DNA from: a virus
Lineage: Duplodnaviria > Caudoviricetes
Length of the DNA: 64,000 bases
Virus record (IMG/VR): IMGVR_UViG_3300028392_002123
Reading direction: 5' to 3' (one strand)
The translations under genes and the position numbers were made by a program. The first letter of the stretch is position 1. Every line of letters begins with the position of its first letter. Positions 55,172 to 63,679 of this stretch are shown in pieces. Below the pieces are notes generated by a model. That model did no database searches and was not told where the DNA came from. It was given only the letters and a program-made list of their open reading frames with translations.

Positions 55172-56016
55172 TAGATTTTTCAGCATCAAATAAATTATAT
55201 GAAACTAGAGACCCCAGTATAGAAGTTAATTTGTACAACTTTGATGGCTTGGATATTCCATTTAATCCAGAATGGACCAATATAGGAATTAACCTAAGTG
55301 GTGGTGCAGATAGTAGTTGTCTGCTAATGTTGTTGTCTAAGATAATTACTAGAACCGGCAGTAAGTGTCGCGTTCATGTTATTCAACATCTACGTTGCTG
55401 GAGTATTCGTCCCTGGCAGGGCCCAGTGGCCATGGCAGTATTCAATAAGTTCCAGGAATTATTTCCTAACATTGAATATATTCGTTATAAAAATTTTATA
55501 CCGGTTGGCTTAGAATGGGGTGTAATTGGACCAATTACCAAAGATGATAAAGGCAGAGATCGTAGCGGTGATCAAATTATTGTTGACGAGTTTAACAATT
55601 ATATGTTGTACACAGAAAAATTAGATGCTATGTATAACGGCACTAGTAGAAATCCAGATGTAGACTTTGCCAGTAAGATGATGAACAGAGAATTATCCCC
55701 CGAAGAAGGAAATCTCAAAGATATCATGTTTAAGAGATTGGGCGGATTGATTATTCTTCCATTTAAGTTTGTACGCAAGGATTGGATCGTTGCAGAATAC
55801 TATAGACAGGGCATGGAAGAACTTTATAACACCACACGTAGCTGTGAAGGCAACGTTGGCCATGCATCCAGTGCAGATATAATTCCTACCTTAGATGACT
55901 ATAAACCAGGACAGTATGTACCTGTTTGCAATGAATGTTTCTGGTGTAACGAACGTAACTGGGCAGATAGCAAGTTAGAGGAAACATTAAAACTTTTAGA
56001 GGATCAATCTAATTGA
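55168..56016 (+). CDS. PP-loop ATP pyrophosphatase, QueC-like
   Basis: NLSGGADS (PP-loop SGGxDS); C-terminal TRSCEG...CNECFWCNER metal-binding motif. Confidence 0.7.
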   Translation: MIDFSASNKLYETRDPSIEVNLYNFDGLDIPFNPEWTNIGINLSGGADSSCLLMLLSKIITRTGSKCRVHVIQHLRCWSIRPWQGPVAMAVFNKFQELFPNIEYIRYKNFIPVGLEWGVIGPITKDDKGRDRSGDQIIVDEFNNYMLYTEKLDAMYNGTSRNPDVDFASKMMNRELSPEEGNLKDIMFKRLGGLIILPFKFVRKDWIVAEYYRQGMEELYNTTRSCEGNVGHASSADIIPTLDDYKPGQYVPVCNECFWCNERNWADSKLEETLKLLEDQSN

Positions 56017-57323
56017 CTGCCACGTTTTGTCCTATTCCATGGAATTTCCAAGCAATAAGAGCAAATGGTGACATAAGGATTTGCTGTCAAGCCAACACGA
56101 CTAAAAATCAAGGTGTTATACGCAAAGAAGATGGTACAGCATTTAATGCTGGCCGCGACGAGCTGGAACAAGCACGTAATGCCACACTGATGTCGGAAGT
56201 TAGAAAAAACATGCTAGCTGGTCGTTGGAGTGACGAATGTGGACGTTGCCAACGAGAAGAAGAAAATGGTCTAGTCAGCCGTCGTAGCTATGAAAATGAG
56301 CAGTGGAAATTTGACATAGAACGTGCTAGACAATTAACAAAAGATGACGGGAGTATAGACACCAAAGACTTTCCTGTGGTGTACTATGACCTGCGCTTTG
56401 GAAATTTCTGTAATTTAAAATGTCGTATGTGTGGACCCACAGACAGTAACGCTTGGTATGACGACTGGATTGAATTAACCGGTACAAATAAATTTAAAGA
56501 TACCAGCGGCATGATTACTATTACAAAAGTCGACAAAGGTTACCATGTGCCGGAATTTGAATGGTACAACTATGAACCATTCTGGACACAATTAGAACAA
56601 AATATGCAGAACATCGAACATGTATATTTTGCCGGCGGCGAGCCTATGTTAATTGAACGTCATTACGATTTTCTAGAACGTTGTGTAGAAGCAGGTGCTA
56701 GTAAAAACATGATCATTGAATACAACACTAACATGAGTACCTTGCCCAGTCGTGTTGTGAATCTATGGACACAGTTCAAACAAGTACGCATTGGTGCCAG
56801 CGTGGATGGCATGGGCGCAGTCTTAGAATATCAACGTAATCCCGCTAAATGGGAAAAGACTTTGACTAATCTTCAAAGAGTCGACGAACTGCCTCCAAAC
56901 ATTATCAGTTGGCTAGCATTTACAGTCACAGCTTATAATGTATTACACATGGTTGATTTTATGAAATGGAAGTTAACTGAAAGCGGATTTAAGAGAATAA
57001 ACAGTTCCTATAGAAGACCTATAGTAACATATCATGTTGCTCATCATCCTAAACATTTAAACATTAGAGTGTTGCCCAAAGAATTCAAACAAACAGTGGT
57101 CGACAAGTATACAGAATTTTTAGCATGGGTGGAGGAACATAAATTCGAACAGTATGTTGTCAAACATGCCAAAGAAATTGTAAACGGTGTTATAAGTTAT
57201 ATGAACAGTGAAGATTATAATCCTGAGCACTGGGATGAATTCGTTAAGTATACAACAGATTTAGATAAAATACGCAGAGAGAACTTAATAACAGTTGAGC
57301 CAGAATTTAAGAAATATATATGA
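56013..57323 (+). CDS. Radical SAM protein with N-terminal auxiliary Cys cluster (TTG start)
   Basis: CNLKCRMC, FAGGEPM, YNTN; N-terminal FCPIPW...ICCQ...CGRCQ. Confidence 0.9.
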   Translation: MTATFCPIPWNFQAIRANGDIRICCQANTTKNQGVIRKEDGTAFNAGRDELEQARNATLMSEVRKNMLAGRWSDECGRCQREEENGLVSRRSYENEQWKFDIERARQLTKDDGSIDTKDFPVVYYDLRFGNFCNLKCRMCGPTDSNAWYDDWIELTGTNKFKDTSGMITITKVDKGYHVPEFEWYNYEPFWTQLEQNMQNIEHVYFAGGEPMLIERHYDFLERCVEAGASKNMIIEYNTNMSTLPSRVVNLWTQFKQVRIGASVDGMGAVLEYQRNPAKWEKTLTNLQRVDELPPNIISWLAFTVTAYNVLHMVDFMKWKLTESGFKRINSSYRRPIVTYHVAHHPKHLNIRVLPKEFKQTVVDKYTEFLAWVEEHKFEQYVVKHAKEIVNGVISYMNSEDYNPEHWDEFVKYTTDLDKIRRENLITVEPEFKKYI

Positions 57324-58045
57324 ACAATTTATTACACGAATACGACACATTAGATCTATTAGACGGTAGTGTATTTCAAGTTACATGGGACTTGGGTCGT
57401 CGTTGTAATTACGACTGCTCCTATTGTCCTGTACATAGGCATGATAATCATAGTCCACACGCTACCTTAGAAGAATTAAAAAAGAACGCAGACTTTGTTT
57501 TTAAGTACATTGGCCTGTACATGAAGTATAGGAATTACAAAGAAGCCAGTATTAGTTTTACCGGAGGTGAACCCACTGTTAATCCTAATTTTATTCCCTT
57601 TATTAAATATCTCAATGAGACTTATCAAGCAAATTATAAAGATGATTATCTGTGTACATTTGCCTTGACCAGCAATGGTGCAATGAGCGAAAAGATGGCC
57701 AAGGCTGTATTAGAAAATTTTAGTCATATCACTATCAGTTATCACACAGAAGCAGATCAAACACTAAAACAACAAGCATTAGATCGTATTGTGCAAATAT
57801 TCGAAGGTGGCCCTGCTAACTTATGTACAATTAGTATCAATGTTATGTTTCATGCTCAATACTTCGACGAGTGTATAGAAGTCTGTAACAAATTAGATGC
57901 CGCAGGAGTTACTTATGTGCCGCGTGTTATTGGAGAAGATCCTGATAGTCGTCCTAGTTTTGCCCATAAATATTCTGATGAACAATTAGCTTGGATGAAA
58001 GACTATTGGGATCGTAAAAATAAGAAAGTAAACGAAAATGTCTGA
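57320..58045 (+). CDS. Radical SAM core domain without its C-terminal Fe-S domain
   Basis: WDLGRRCNYDCSYC, FTGGEPT, TSNG, ITISYH; ends before the Cys-rich tail seen in paralog 62498. Confidence 0.85.
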   Translation: MNNLLHEYDTLDLLDGSVFQVTWDLGRRCNYDCSYCPVHRHDNHSPHATLEELKKNADFVFKYIGLYMKYRNYKEASISFTGGEPTVNPNFIPFIKYLNETYQANYKDDYLCTFALTSNGAMSEKMAKAVLENFSHITISYHTEADQTLKQQALDRIVQIFEGGPANLCTISINVMFHAQYFDECIEVCNKLDAAGVTYVPRVIGEDPDSRPSFAHKYSDEQLAWMKDYWDRKNKKVNENV

Positions 58046-58475
58046 TGAAAAGAAACTAGGTATGAAAATTGGCCGTCCATGTTGTGGCGGCCGCACAATG
58101 TGTTTTAGCAAGGGCGAGGAAAGTATTCGCGGAACCTTTAGTGGCAAGCGCGAATTCAAAGGTTGGCATTGTAGTGTTAACTGGTTTTTCTTTCATATAG
58201 AACAGCAAACTGACAAAGTGTTTCATCATCAAACATGCCAAGCACAATTTGGAGAGACTCGCGGACCTATAGGTACACTATCGGAAAGCGACAAGATTCT
58301 TGAAGAATTGGAACGTAATCTTAGAGAAGAAACAATGCCAACAATTATCTGTCCAAAAAAGACCTGCGGTTGTGGTATGTGTGCTCCTAAGAGCATGGAC
58401 AAAGAAGAATACAAACGTGTATTGTTCCAGCACATAGACAGTAGTCCCTTTAACAATTCATTGTCCTTAAAATGA
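58038..58475 (+). CDS. Stand-alone Cys-rich SPASM-like Fe-S domain
   Basis: RPCCGGRTMC, FKGWHC, HHQTC, ICPKKTCGCGMC; 8-nt overlap with the upstream radical SAM core. Confidence 0.65.
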   Translation: MSDEKKLGMKIGRPCCGGRTMCFSKGEESIRGTFSGKREFKGWHCSVNWFFFHIEQQTDKVFHHQTCQAQFGETRGPIGTLSESDKILEELERNLREETMPTIICPKKTCGCGMCAPKSMDKEEYKRVLFQHIDSSPFNNSLSLK

Positions 58476-60403
58476 AAATAGGCATCTTTGGTGGCGAGTA
58501 TGTACATAAGCATACCGCAGAAAACTTTACACCTAGTTGGGTACAAATACTATCTAAAAAATATGATGTAACACTAATAGGTAGCATAGACATAGACATG
58601 TTGTCTCTGTATACAACATTTGTCGATCGTGCCAGAGATTTTGATCAAGTTATTTTTGTTGCACCTGCTGATAACAAGTTGTCAAACTCAAATTCAGATG
58701 CTGTAAGAGATGCTATAGTGGCATTAGAAAAAGCACATTCAGTGACTATTTCATCAAGCGATTTCATAAAACATTTATTTGAAAAAGAAGCAAATAAGTT
58801 TACAAGAAAATCTTTGTTAGATTTAATCATAGCTGATATAAAAGATTTTCGCCCTGATACTATAATAATTAATTCTCATTTTTATAATGATAATTTAGGC
58901 TTAAATGCCATTAAAAAATTAGAAGAAAAATCATGGGGTTTAGATCCTTGGCCCGCAGATACAAAATTAGGCCACGATTCTAGGCAATGCTACTTAACTA
59001 AAGAAAACAACGAGATACTGGCCGCAGAAGTAGAGTCTTGGTTAACTGGCACAAAAGTTTTTATAGATATTAACAAGTATGTAGTGCCTACTGTGGAATC
59101 TATAGAATATTTTTTAACTCACGAAGCAAGAAAACTAAGAAGACAGCAGTATAAGAATTTTGAATCCAGTGCAACATACTGCTATTATCCTTTCAAAGAA
59201 ATAGCAATCAAAGAGTACAGGGGTACAGAACTCTTGGCCTTTTGGCCGTGTTGCATGATGGGAAATCAAATCAATGATCGTAAAACATTCAATGTATTAG
59301 ATGTAACGAATCCTGGACAATATACGCCACAGGAAATGTACGATCATCCTAGAATGCAACTATTAAGATCGAATAAACTATTAGGCATACGAGATAAAGC
59401 CTGTGAAACATGTTGGGATCAGGAAAATAGAGGATTGGATTCTTTTAGAGTAATGTCAAAAGAACCTGCAGACATTGAAGACGGCCTAACAGAAATCAAT
59501 GATTTGTACATGATAGATATGACTGCCAGTAATATATGCAATCTCAGATGCAGAATGTGTACTCCCAGTGCCAGCAATTTATTAATGATGGACTACAAAT
59601 ATTTTGAAGAAAACAATCTTATCGAAGATGTTAACAAATCTCTTAGAGGAAGATTCTATCACAGCGTACCATATAAAGCAACTGAAAGCAAACAATGGTC
59701 TTGGCTAATGGAAAATACAGATCGTATACGTGTGCTCAAGGCCAGCGGCGGCGAGCCACTCTATGACGGCAAGGTAATTCAATTATTACAACGTTATATA
59801 GAAACCGGTTCGGCACAGCAGACTAGATTATCTTTTCATACTAATGCAACTCAATTCAATGACGCTGTCATTGATATATTGAGTAAGTTTAAAAGCAACG
59901 AACATACTTTTAGTATAGATGGCGCAGATAAAGTATATGAGTACATTAGATATCCTGCTACCTTTGATGAACTAGAAACTAGTGTAAACAACTATATAAC
60001 AAAACTAGATAACATTGCAAATACCATGCATTTTAATTGTGTGGTTAGTTCTTTGAATGTTCTTAATCTAAACAGTTTATTTGACTGGGCGGAAAAGATT
60101 TCTGATAATCCGTTTGTCAATCTCAGCGAATTGTATCCTCCTGACAGAGGTACAGCAGTAAAACATTTACCAAAGCATTTATTAGAGTTGGCTCGACAAC
60201 GCCTTGAACCTTATATAAACACACCAAAGAATATGCCTAACCTAAGTGTTATCAATATGATTACATTATTGAATACTGCTATTGATAACAATCAAGAAAA
60301 CAAAGAACTTATGTTAAAAGAAATAACTTTGTTTGATGAATCTAGAAATCAAAATTTTAAAGATTTTCTAGATCCTGCACTAGTGGAGTGGCTATGCAGG
60401 TAA
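58472..60403 (+). CDS. Fusion of a degenerate SGNH-like domain and a radical SAM protein
   Basis: The N-terminus aligns by eye with ORF 60394 (IGIFGG vs IGIFGDS; CYLTKENNEILA vs CHMSKENNEIFA). Then YCYYPF...WPCC...CETCW, CNLRCRMC and ASGGEPL. Confidence 0.85.
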   Translation: MKIGIFGGEYVHKHTAENFTPSWVQILSKKYDVTLIGSIDIDMLSLYTTFVDRARDFDQVIFVAPADNKLSNSNSDAVRDAIVALEKAHSVTISSSDFIKHLFEKEANKFTRKSLLDLIIADIKDFRPDTIIINSHFYNDNLGLNAIKKLEEKSWGLDPWPADTKLGHDSRQCYLTKENNEILAAEVESWLTGTKVFIDINKYVVPTVESIEYFLTHEARKLRRQQYKNFESSATYCYYPFKEIAIKEYRGTELLAFWPCCMMGNQINDRKTFNVLDVTNPGQYTPQEMYDHPRMQLLRSNKLLGIRDKACETCWDQENRGLDSFRVMSKEPADIEDGLTEINDLYMIDMTASNICNLRCRMCTPSASNLLMMDYKYFEENNLIEDVNKSLRGRFYHSVPYKATESKQWSWLMENTDRIRVLKASGGEPLYDGKVIQLLQRYIETGSAQQTRLSFHTNATQFNDAVIDILSKFKSNEHTFSIDGADKVYEYIRYPATFDELETSVNNYITKLDNIANTMHFNCVVSSLNVLNLNSLFDWAEKISDNPFVNLSELYPPDRGTAVKHLPKHLLELARQRLEPYINTPKNMPNLSVINMITLLNTAIDNNQENKELMLKEITLFDESRNQNFKDFLDPALVEWLCR

Positions 60404-61137
60404 TCGGTATTTTTGGAGACAGTTGGGCTAGCCATACCATGCCCAATACACCGGGAATAGGTTGGCAACAAATTGTCAAAGAGCACTACGATGGTCCTGA
60501 CTATTTCGTGGACAACTATGCTCGGCCTGGAAGTAGTTTATATTTTTCTTATGAAAATTTTTTAGTGCATCACCATAAATTTGACAAAATTATTTTTGTT
60601 GTAACTTCATCCGGAAGATTGCTTCTCCCTTACGGATGTGAAGTATGTAATGATGGTCTTACAGATAATGTTACACGACATGTTAATACATATTTTACTG
60701 CTAATAGTTTATTAAAAAAGTTGCCCGATGATCCAAAATATGATCGAGATAGAAAAATTCTAGAAGCCGCTGTAGCTTATTTTACATACATATATGATAT
60801 AAACGAACACAGACATTACAGTAAATTAATGATAGAAGAAATAAGAAGAATACGACCAGATGCTCTTATTGTTCCAATCACAGTTGATGAAAGAATACCA
60901 GGATTTGAACATCCATGCTTGCATGAAATTATCAATGAAGTCGAATTAACCTACTGGGGTATTACCGGCGATGACATAGAATCCATGGTAGAACTTAGAA
61001 GCTGTCATATGAGCAAAGAGAACAACGAAATATTTGCAAAAAAAATAATTACGTGGATTGATACCGGACATTGGACTCCGTTGAGTGTCAATGAGTTTGT
61101 AAATCCTTTGTTACCATGGAAAGAATATTTTAAATGA
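60394..61137 (+). CDS. SGNH/GDSL-like protein (start revised to ATG 60394)
   Basis: IGIFGDSWA, NYARPGSSL, RSCHMSKENN; GGAG RBS at 60385-60388. Confidence 0.65.
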   Translation: MQVIGIFGDSWASHTMPNTPGIGWQQIVKEHYDGPDYFVDNYARPGSSLYFSYENFLVHHHKFDKIIFVVTSSGRLLLPYGCEVCNDGLTDNVTRHVNTYFTANSLLKKLPDDPKYDRDRKILEAAVAYFTYIYDINEHRHYSKLMIEEIRRIRPDALIVPITVDERIPGFEHPCLHEIINEVELTYWGITGDDIESMVELRSCHMSKENNEIFAKKIITWIDTGHWTPLSVNEFVNPLLPWKEYFK

Positions 61138-62285
61138 AACACTATTGTCCTTTACCTTTTAATCATCTTGCTATTAGACCCAATGGTAATGTGTATCCTT
61201 GCTGTTTTTTCCGTTGGGAAGAAACCCCTGCAGATATGACATTAGACTATCCCGATTTGTTTAATTCGCATCCTTTTATGAAACAGATTAGAGAAGATCT
61301 GCGAGAGGACAAACCCATTGCTGGATGCAGTAAATGCTATGAAGCCGAAGAGCTAACGGGCAAGAGTATGCGATTAGATTACCTAGCTGACACTAAATTA
61401 GGATTGAGTACAACTCCACCAGAAAAAGAAGAATTAAAGTATGTAGACCTATCATTGAGCAATGTCTGTAATAATAAATGTAGGATGTGTAGTTATGAGC
61501 TGAGTACAAGTTGGTACAGCGACACTAAAAAATTAGGAGTTGAAATTCCACGCGGTTTGATTAAAAACGGTAATCCTTTAGAGGGTTATGATTTATCTAA
61601 ACTAACTTATATTAAGATGATTGGCGGTGAGCCTTTAATGGAACAAGAAAAGTTTATCGACATACTCAAACAATGTAATTTGCCTGAATTAACTATTTTA
61701 ATTACTACTAACACTACAGTAAGGCCAAATGCAGAGCTACAGGCTTTGTTAGATCAATGTAAGCGTATAAAGTGGAATTTTAGTGTAGACGCATATGGCA
61801 CACTAAATGATTTCCTACGTAAAGGCAGTAAATGGCAGGAAGTTGCTGATAACCTAGATTGGTATATCAATCGTTATGGCAAGGATACAAACGTGCATGC
61901 CGTGGTCAGCATCTATAATATTAATACTTTTTACGAACTTAATACATATATTAAAACAAGACATCCAAAGAGCTATATCTCATTTGTAACTGCCGATGGG
62001 CCGAGTTGGATGATGATTGCTAATTTGCCTGAACGTGTCAAAGAGACAATAAAAAATAAATTAGAAATAGAAAATGCCAAACTACCTATTCCTAACTTTA
62101 ATGTTATCATTGAAGATATGATGAAACCCGGGGATTTTTATTCTTTTGTTCACATGGACAAGCGATTAAATCTAATCAGAGAAGAACATTGGATCGAGCA
62201 TAATCCAGAACTATATGAACTGATCAAAGATGAATTTGATCCATTCTACGCATCAGTGGATCCTACGGAACCTATCTATAAATAA
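61134..62285 (+). CDS. Radical SAM protein with N-terminal auxiliary Cys cluster
   Basis: CNNKCRMC, MIGGEPL, TTN; N-terminal YCPLPF...YPCC...CSKCY. Confidence 0.9.
   Translation: MKHYCPLPFNHLAIRPNGNVYPCCFFRWEETPADMTLDYPDLFNSHPFMKQIREDLREDKPIAGCSKCYEAEELTGKSMRLDYLADTKLGLSTTPPEKEELKYVDLSLSNVCNNKCRMCSYELSTSWYSDTKKLGVEIPRGLIKNGNPLEGYDLSKLTYIKMIGGEPLMEQEKFIDILKQCNLPELTILITTNTTVRPNAELQALLDQCKRIKWNFSVDAYGTLNDFLRKGSKWQEVADNLDWYINRYGKDTNVHAVVSIYNINTFYELNTYIKTRHPKSYISFVTADGPSWMMIANLPERVKETIKNKLEIENAKLPIPNFNVIIEDMMKPGDFYSFVHMDKRLNLIREEHWIEHNPELYELIKDEFDPFYASVDPTEPIYK
62277..62284 (+). promoter_or_regulatory. TATAAATA, exact T4-type late promoter consensus
   Basis: Overlaps the stop of the upstream radical SAM gene, 5 nt before ATG 62290. 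Confidence 0.5.
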
Positions 62286-62289
62286 GTTC

Positions 62290-62520
62290 ATGGACATTAA
62301 AGATTTACCATTAAGAACATTACAGTTAGAAGCAGCCAGAGTTATCAGCTCTATGGAAGCAACCAACGATAACATACATAAATTTAACAAGGCAAGCAGA
62401 CATAATAGTCAAGGTTGGTACATAGCCGCTGTCGAATGGTACGTAAAAGAATACGGCGGCATGCCCAGCGAAACAGGACCGGGAAAAGACATTAAGTTTG
62501 TCTATGAACAAGATGAGTGA
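62290..62520 (+). CDS. Small hypothetical protein (76 aa; start revised to ATG 62290)
   Basis: In-frame ATG just after the upstream stop and TATAAATA; overlaps the next gene. Confidence 0.65.
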   Translation: MDIKDLPLRTLQLEAARVISSMEATNDNIHKFNKASRHNSQGWYIAAVEWYVKEYGGMPSETGPGKDIKFVYEQDE

Positions 62521-63679
62521 TTTAAAAACCAGTGAATACGACTTTACTAAGATTCCCTACAGTGACTTAGTAAGAGTTGGACAAAGAACAATGCTGTACC
62601 GAGACATGTTCAGTGTGTCTTGGCTATTAGGACGTTATTGTAATTACCGCTGTAGCTATTGCTGGCCCTATGCTCGCAGTGATACAAAAGATCACAGACC
62701 CACTCCTTTAATGTTACACACAGTGGATGAAATTAAACGACAAGCTCGCGAGCGCGGATTTAATAGTTTTCACTTTAGCCTAAGTGGCGGAGAGCCTACA
62801 TTCCATCCGGCTTACATTGATATTTTAAATCATTTAAACAATGATGTACATAATACAAACTATACCAGCGTACATATGACATCAAACATGAGCCGTCCAT
62901 TAAAGTGGTTTGAAACACAGTACGTACCAGCAGTTAAGAACTTTCATCGTGCTAGTATTACTGCCAGTTGTCATCGTGAGCATGTTGACACAGATAAAAA
63001 GGTCGAAGAGTTTGCTGACAAGTTGGTGCTATGTCAAGAATACGACACGCAGATAACTATTAACATGGTCATGGTACCGGAACAGTTCAATGAGATCTAT
63101 GACTTGGCATTATACTTTCATAACAGAGGCATCAACGTAACACTCAAACCGCAGAGCGATCCAACTGCTAGTCGTGTAGTAGATGGTTATACTCCTGAGA
63201 TGTTGGCTAAGTTACATAATGGTATGCCACAACGTGCATTCACAGAAGTTAAAGCCGCAAGAGCAGACTTGGTTAAACGTCCCAAGCCTACGTATATGAT
63301 TGACAGAGCAGATCCTGGATTCAAGCAACAAGCAGGTGTTGATGCACACTACCAAGTGGAGTTCATTGACAAAGAAGGCAAGCCGTGGTTCATGGATCAA
63401 GCTGAGCGTTTTAATGCATTTAACTTTAATAACTTTAATCAGTGGGAATGTAGTAGTGGCTATCGAAGTATCATTATTCGTGAACCAGATGGCACAGTAA
63501 AGCGTAGTTATAGCTGTAGCGAAGTTCCATTGGGACACATTGAAACAGGCTTTAAGTTATACGACAAGCCCATGCCCTGCGGTGGAACTAGCTGTGTAAG
63601 TAGTGCTGACAGTAAAATTCCTAAACGTGCGCCTGGAACAAAGTTACCGTTGTTCCCTGGGGATAAAACCTATGAATGA
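62498..63679 (+). CDS. Radical SAM protein with C-terminal Cys-rich domain (ATG 62504 or 62513 likely)
   Basis: WLLGRYCNYRCSYC, LSGGEPT, TSN, ITASCH; C-terminal FNQWECSSG...SYSC...MPCGGTSC. Confidence 0.9.
   Translation: MSMNKMSDLKTSEYDFTKIPYSDLVRVGQRTMLYRDMFSVSWLLGRYCNYRCSYCWPYARSDTKDHRPTPLMLHTVDEIKRQARERGFNSFHFSLSGGEPTFHPAYIDILNHLNNDVHNTNYTSVHMTSNMSRPLKWFETQYVPAVKNFHRASITASCHREHVDTDKKVEEFADKLVLCQEYDTQITINMVMVPEQFNEIYDLALYFHNRGINVTLKPQSDPTASRVVDGYTPEMLAKLHNGMPQRAFTEVKAARADLVKRPKPTYMIDRADPGFKQQAGVDAHYQVEFIDKEGKPWFMDQAERFNAFNFNNFNQWECSSGYRSIIIREPDGTVKRSYSCSEVPLGHIETGFKLYDKPMPCGGTSCVSSADSKIPKRAPGTKLPLFPGDKTYE

Noticed and set aside
12983-63538. Remaining short nested ORFs in the track inside structural and enzyme genes
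   Set aside because: All lie within longer genes that have recognisable motifs; expected by chance.
50186-63679. 7-deazaguanine DNA modification pathway (QueC plus QueE-like radical SAM)
   Set aside because: The radical SAMs are longer than QueE and carry auxiliary Cys domains, and no FolE, QueD or DpdA is visible in the window. Kept only as an alternative for the PP-loop gene.
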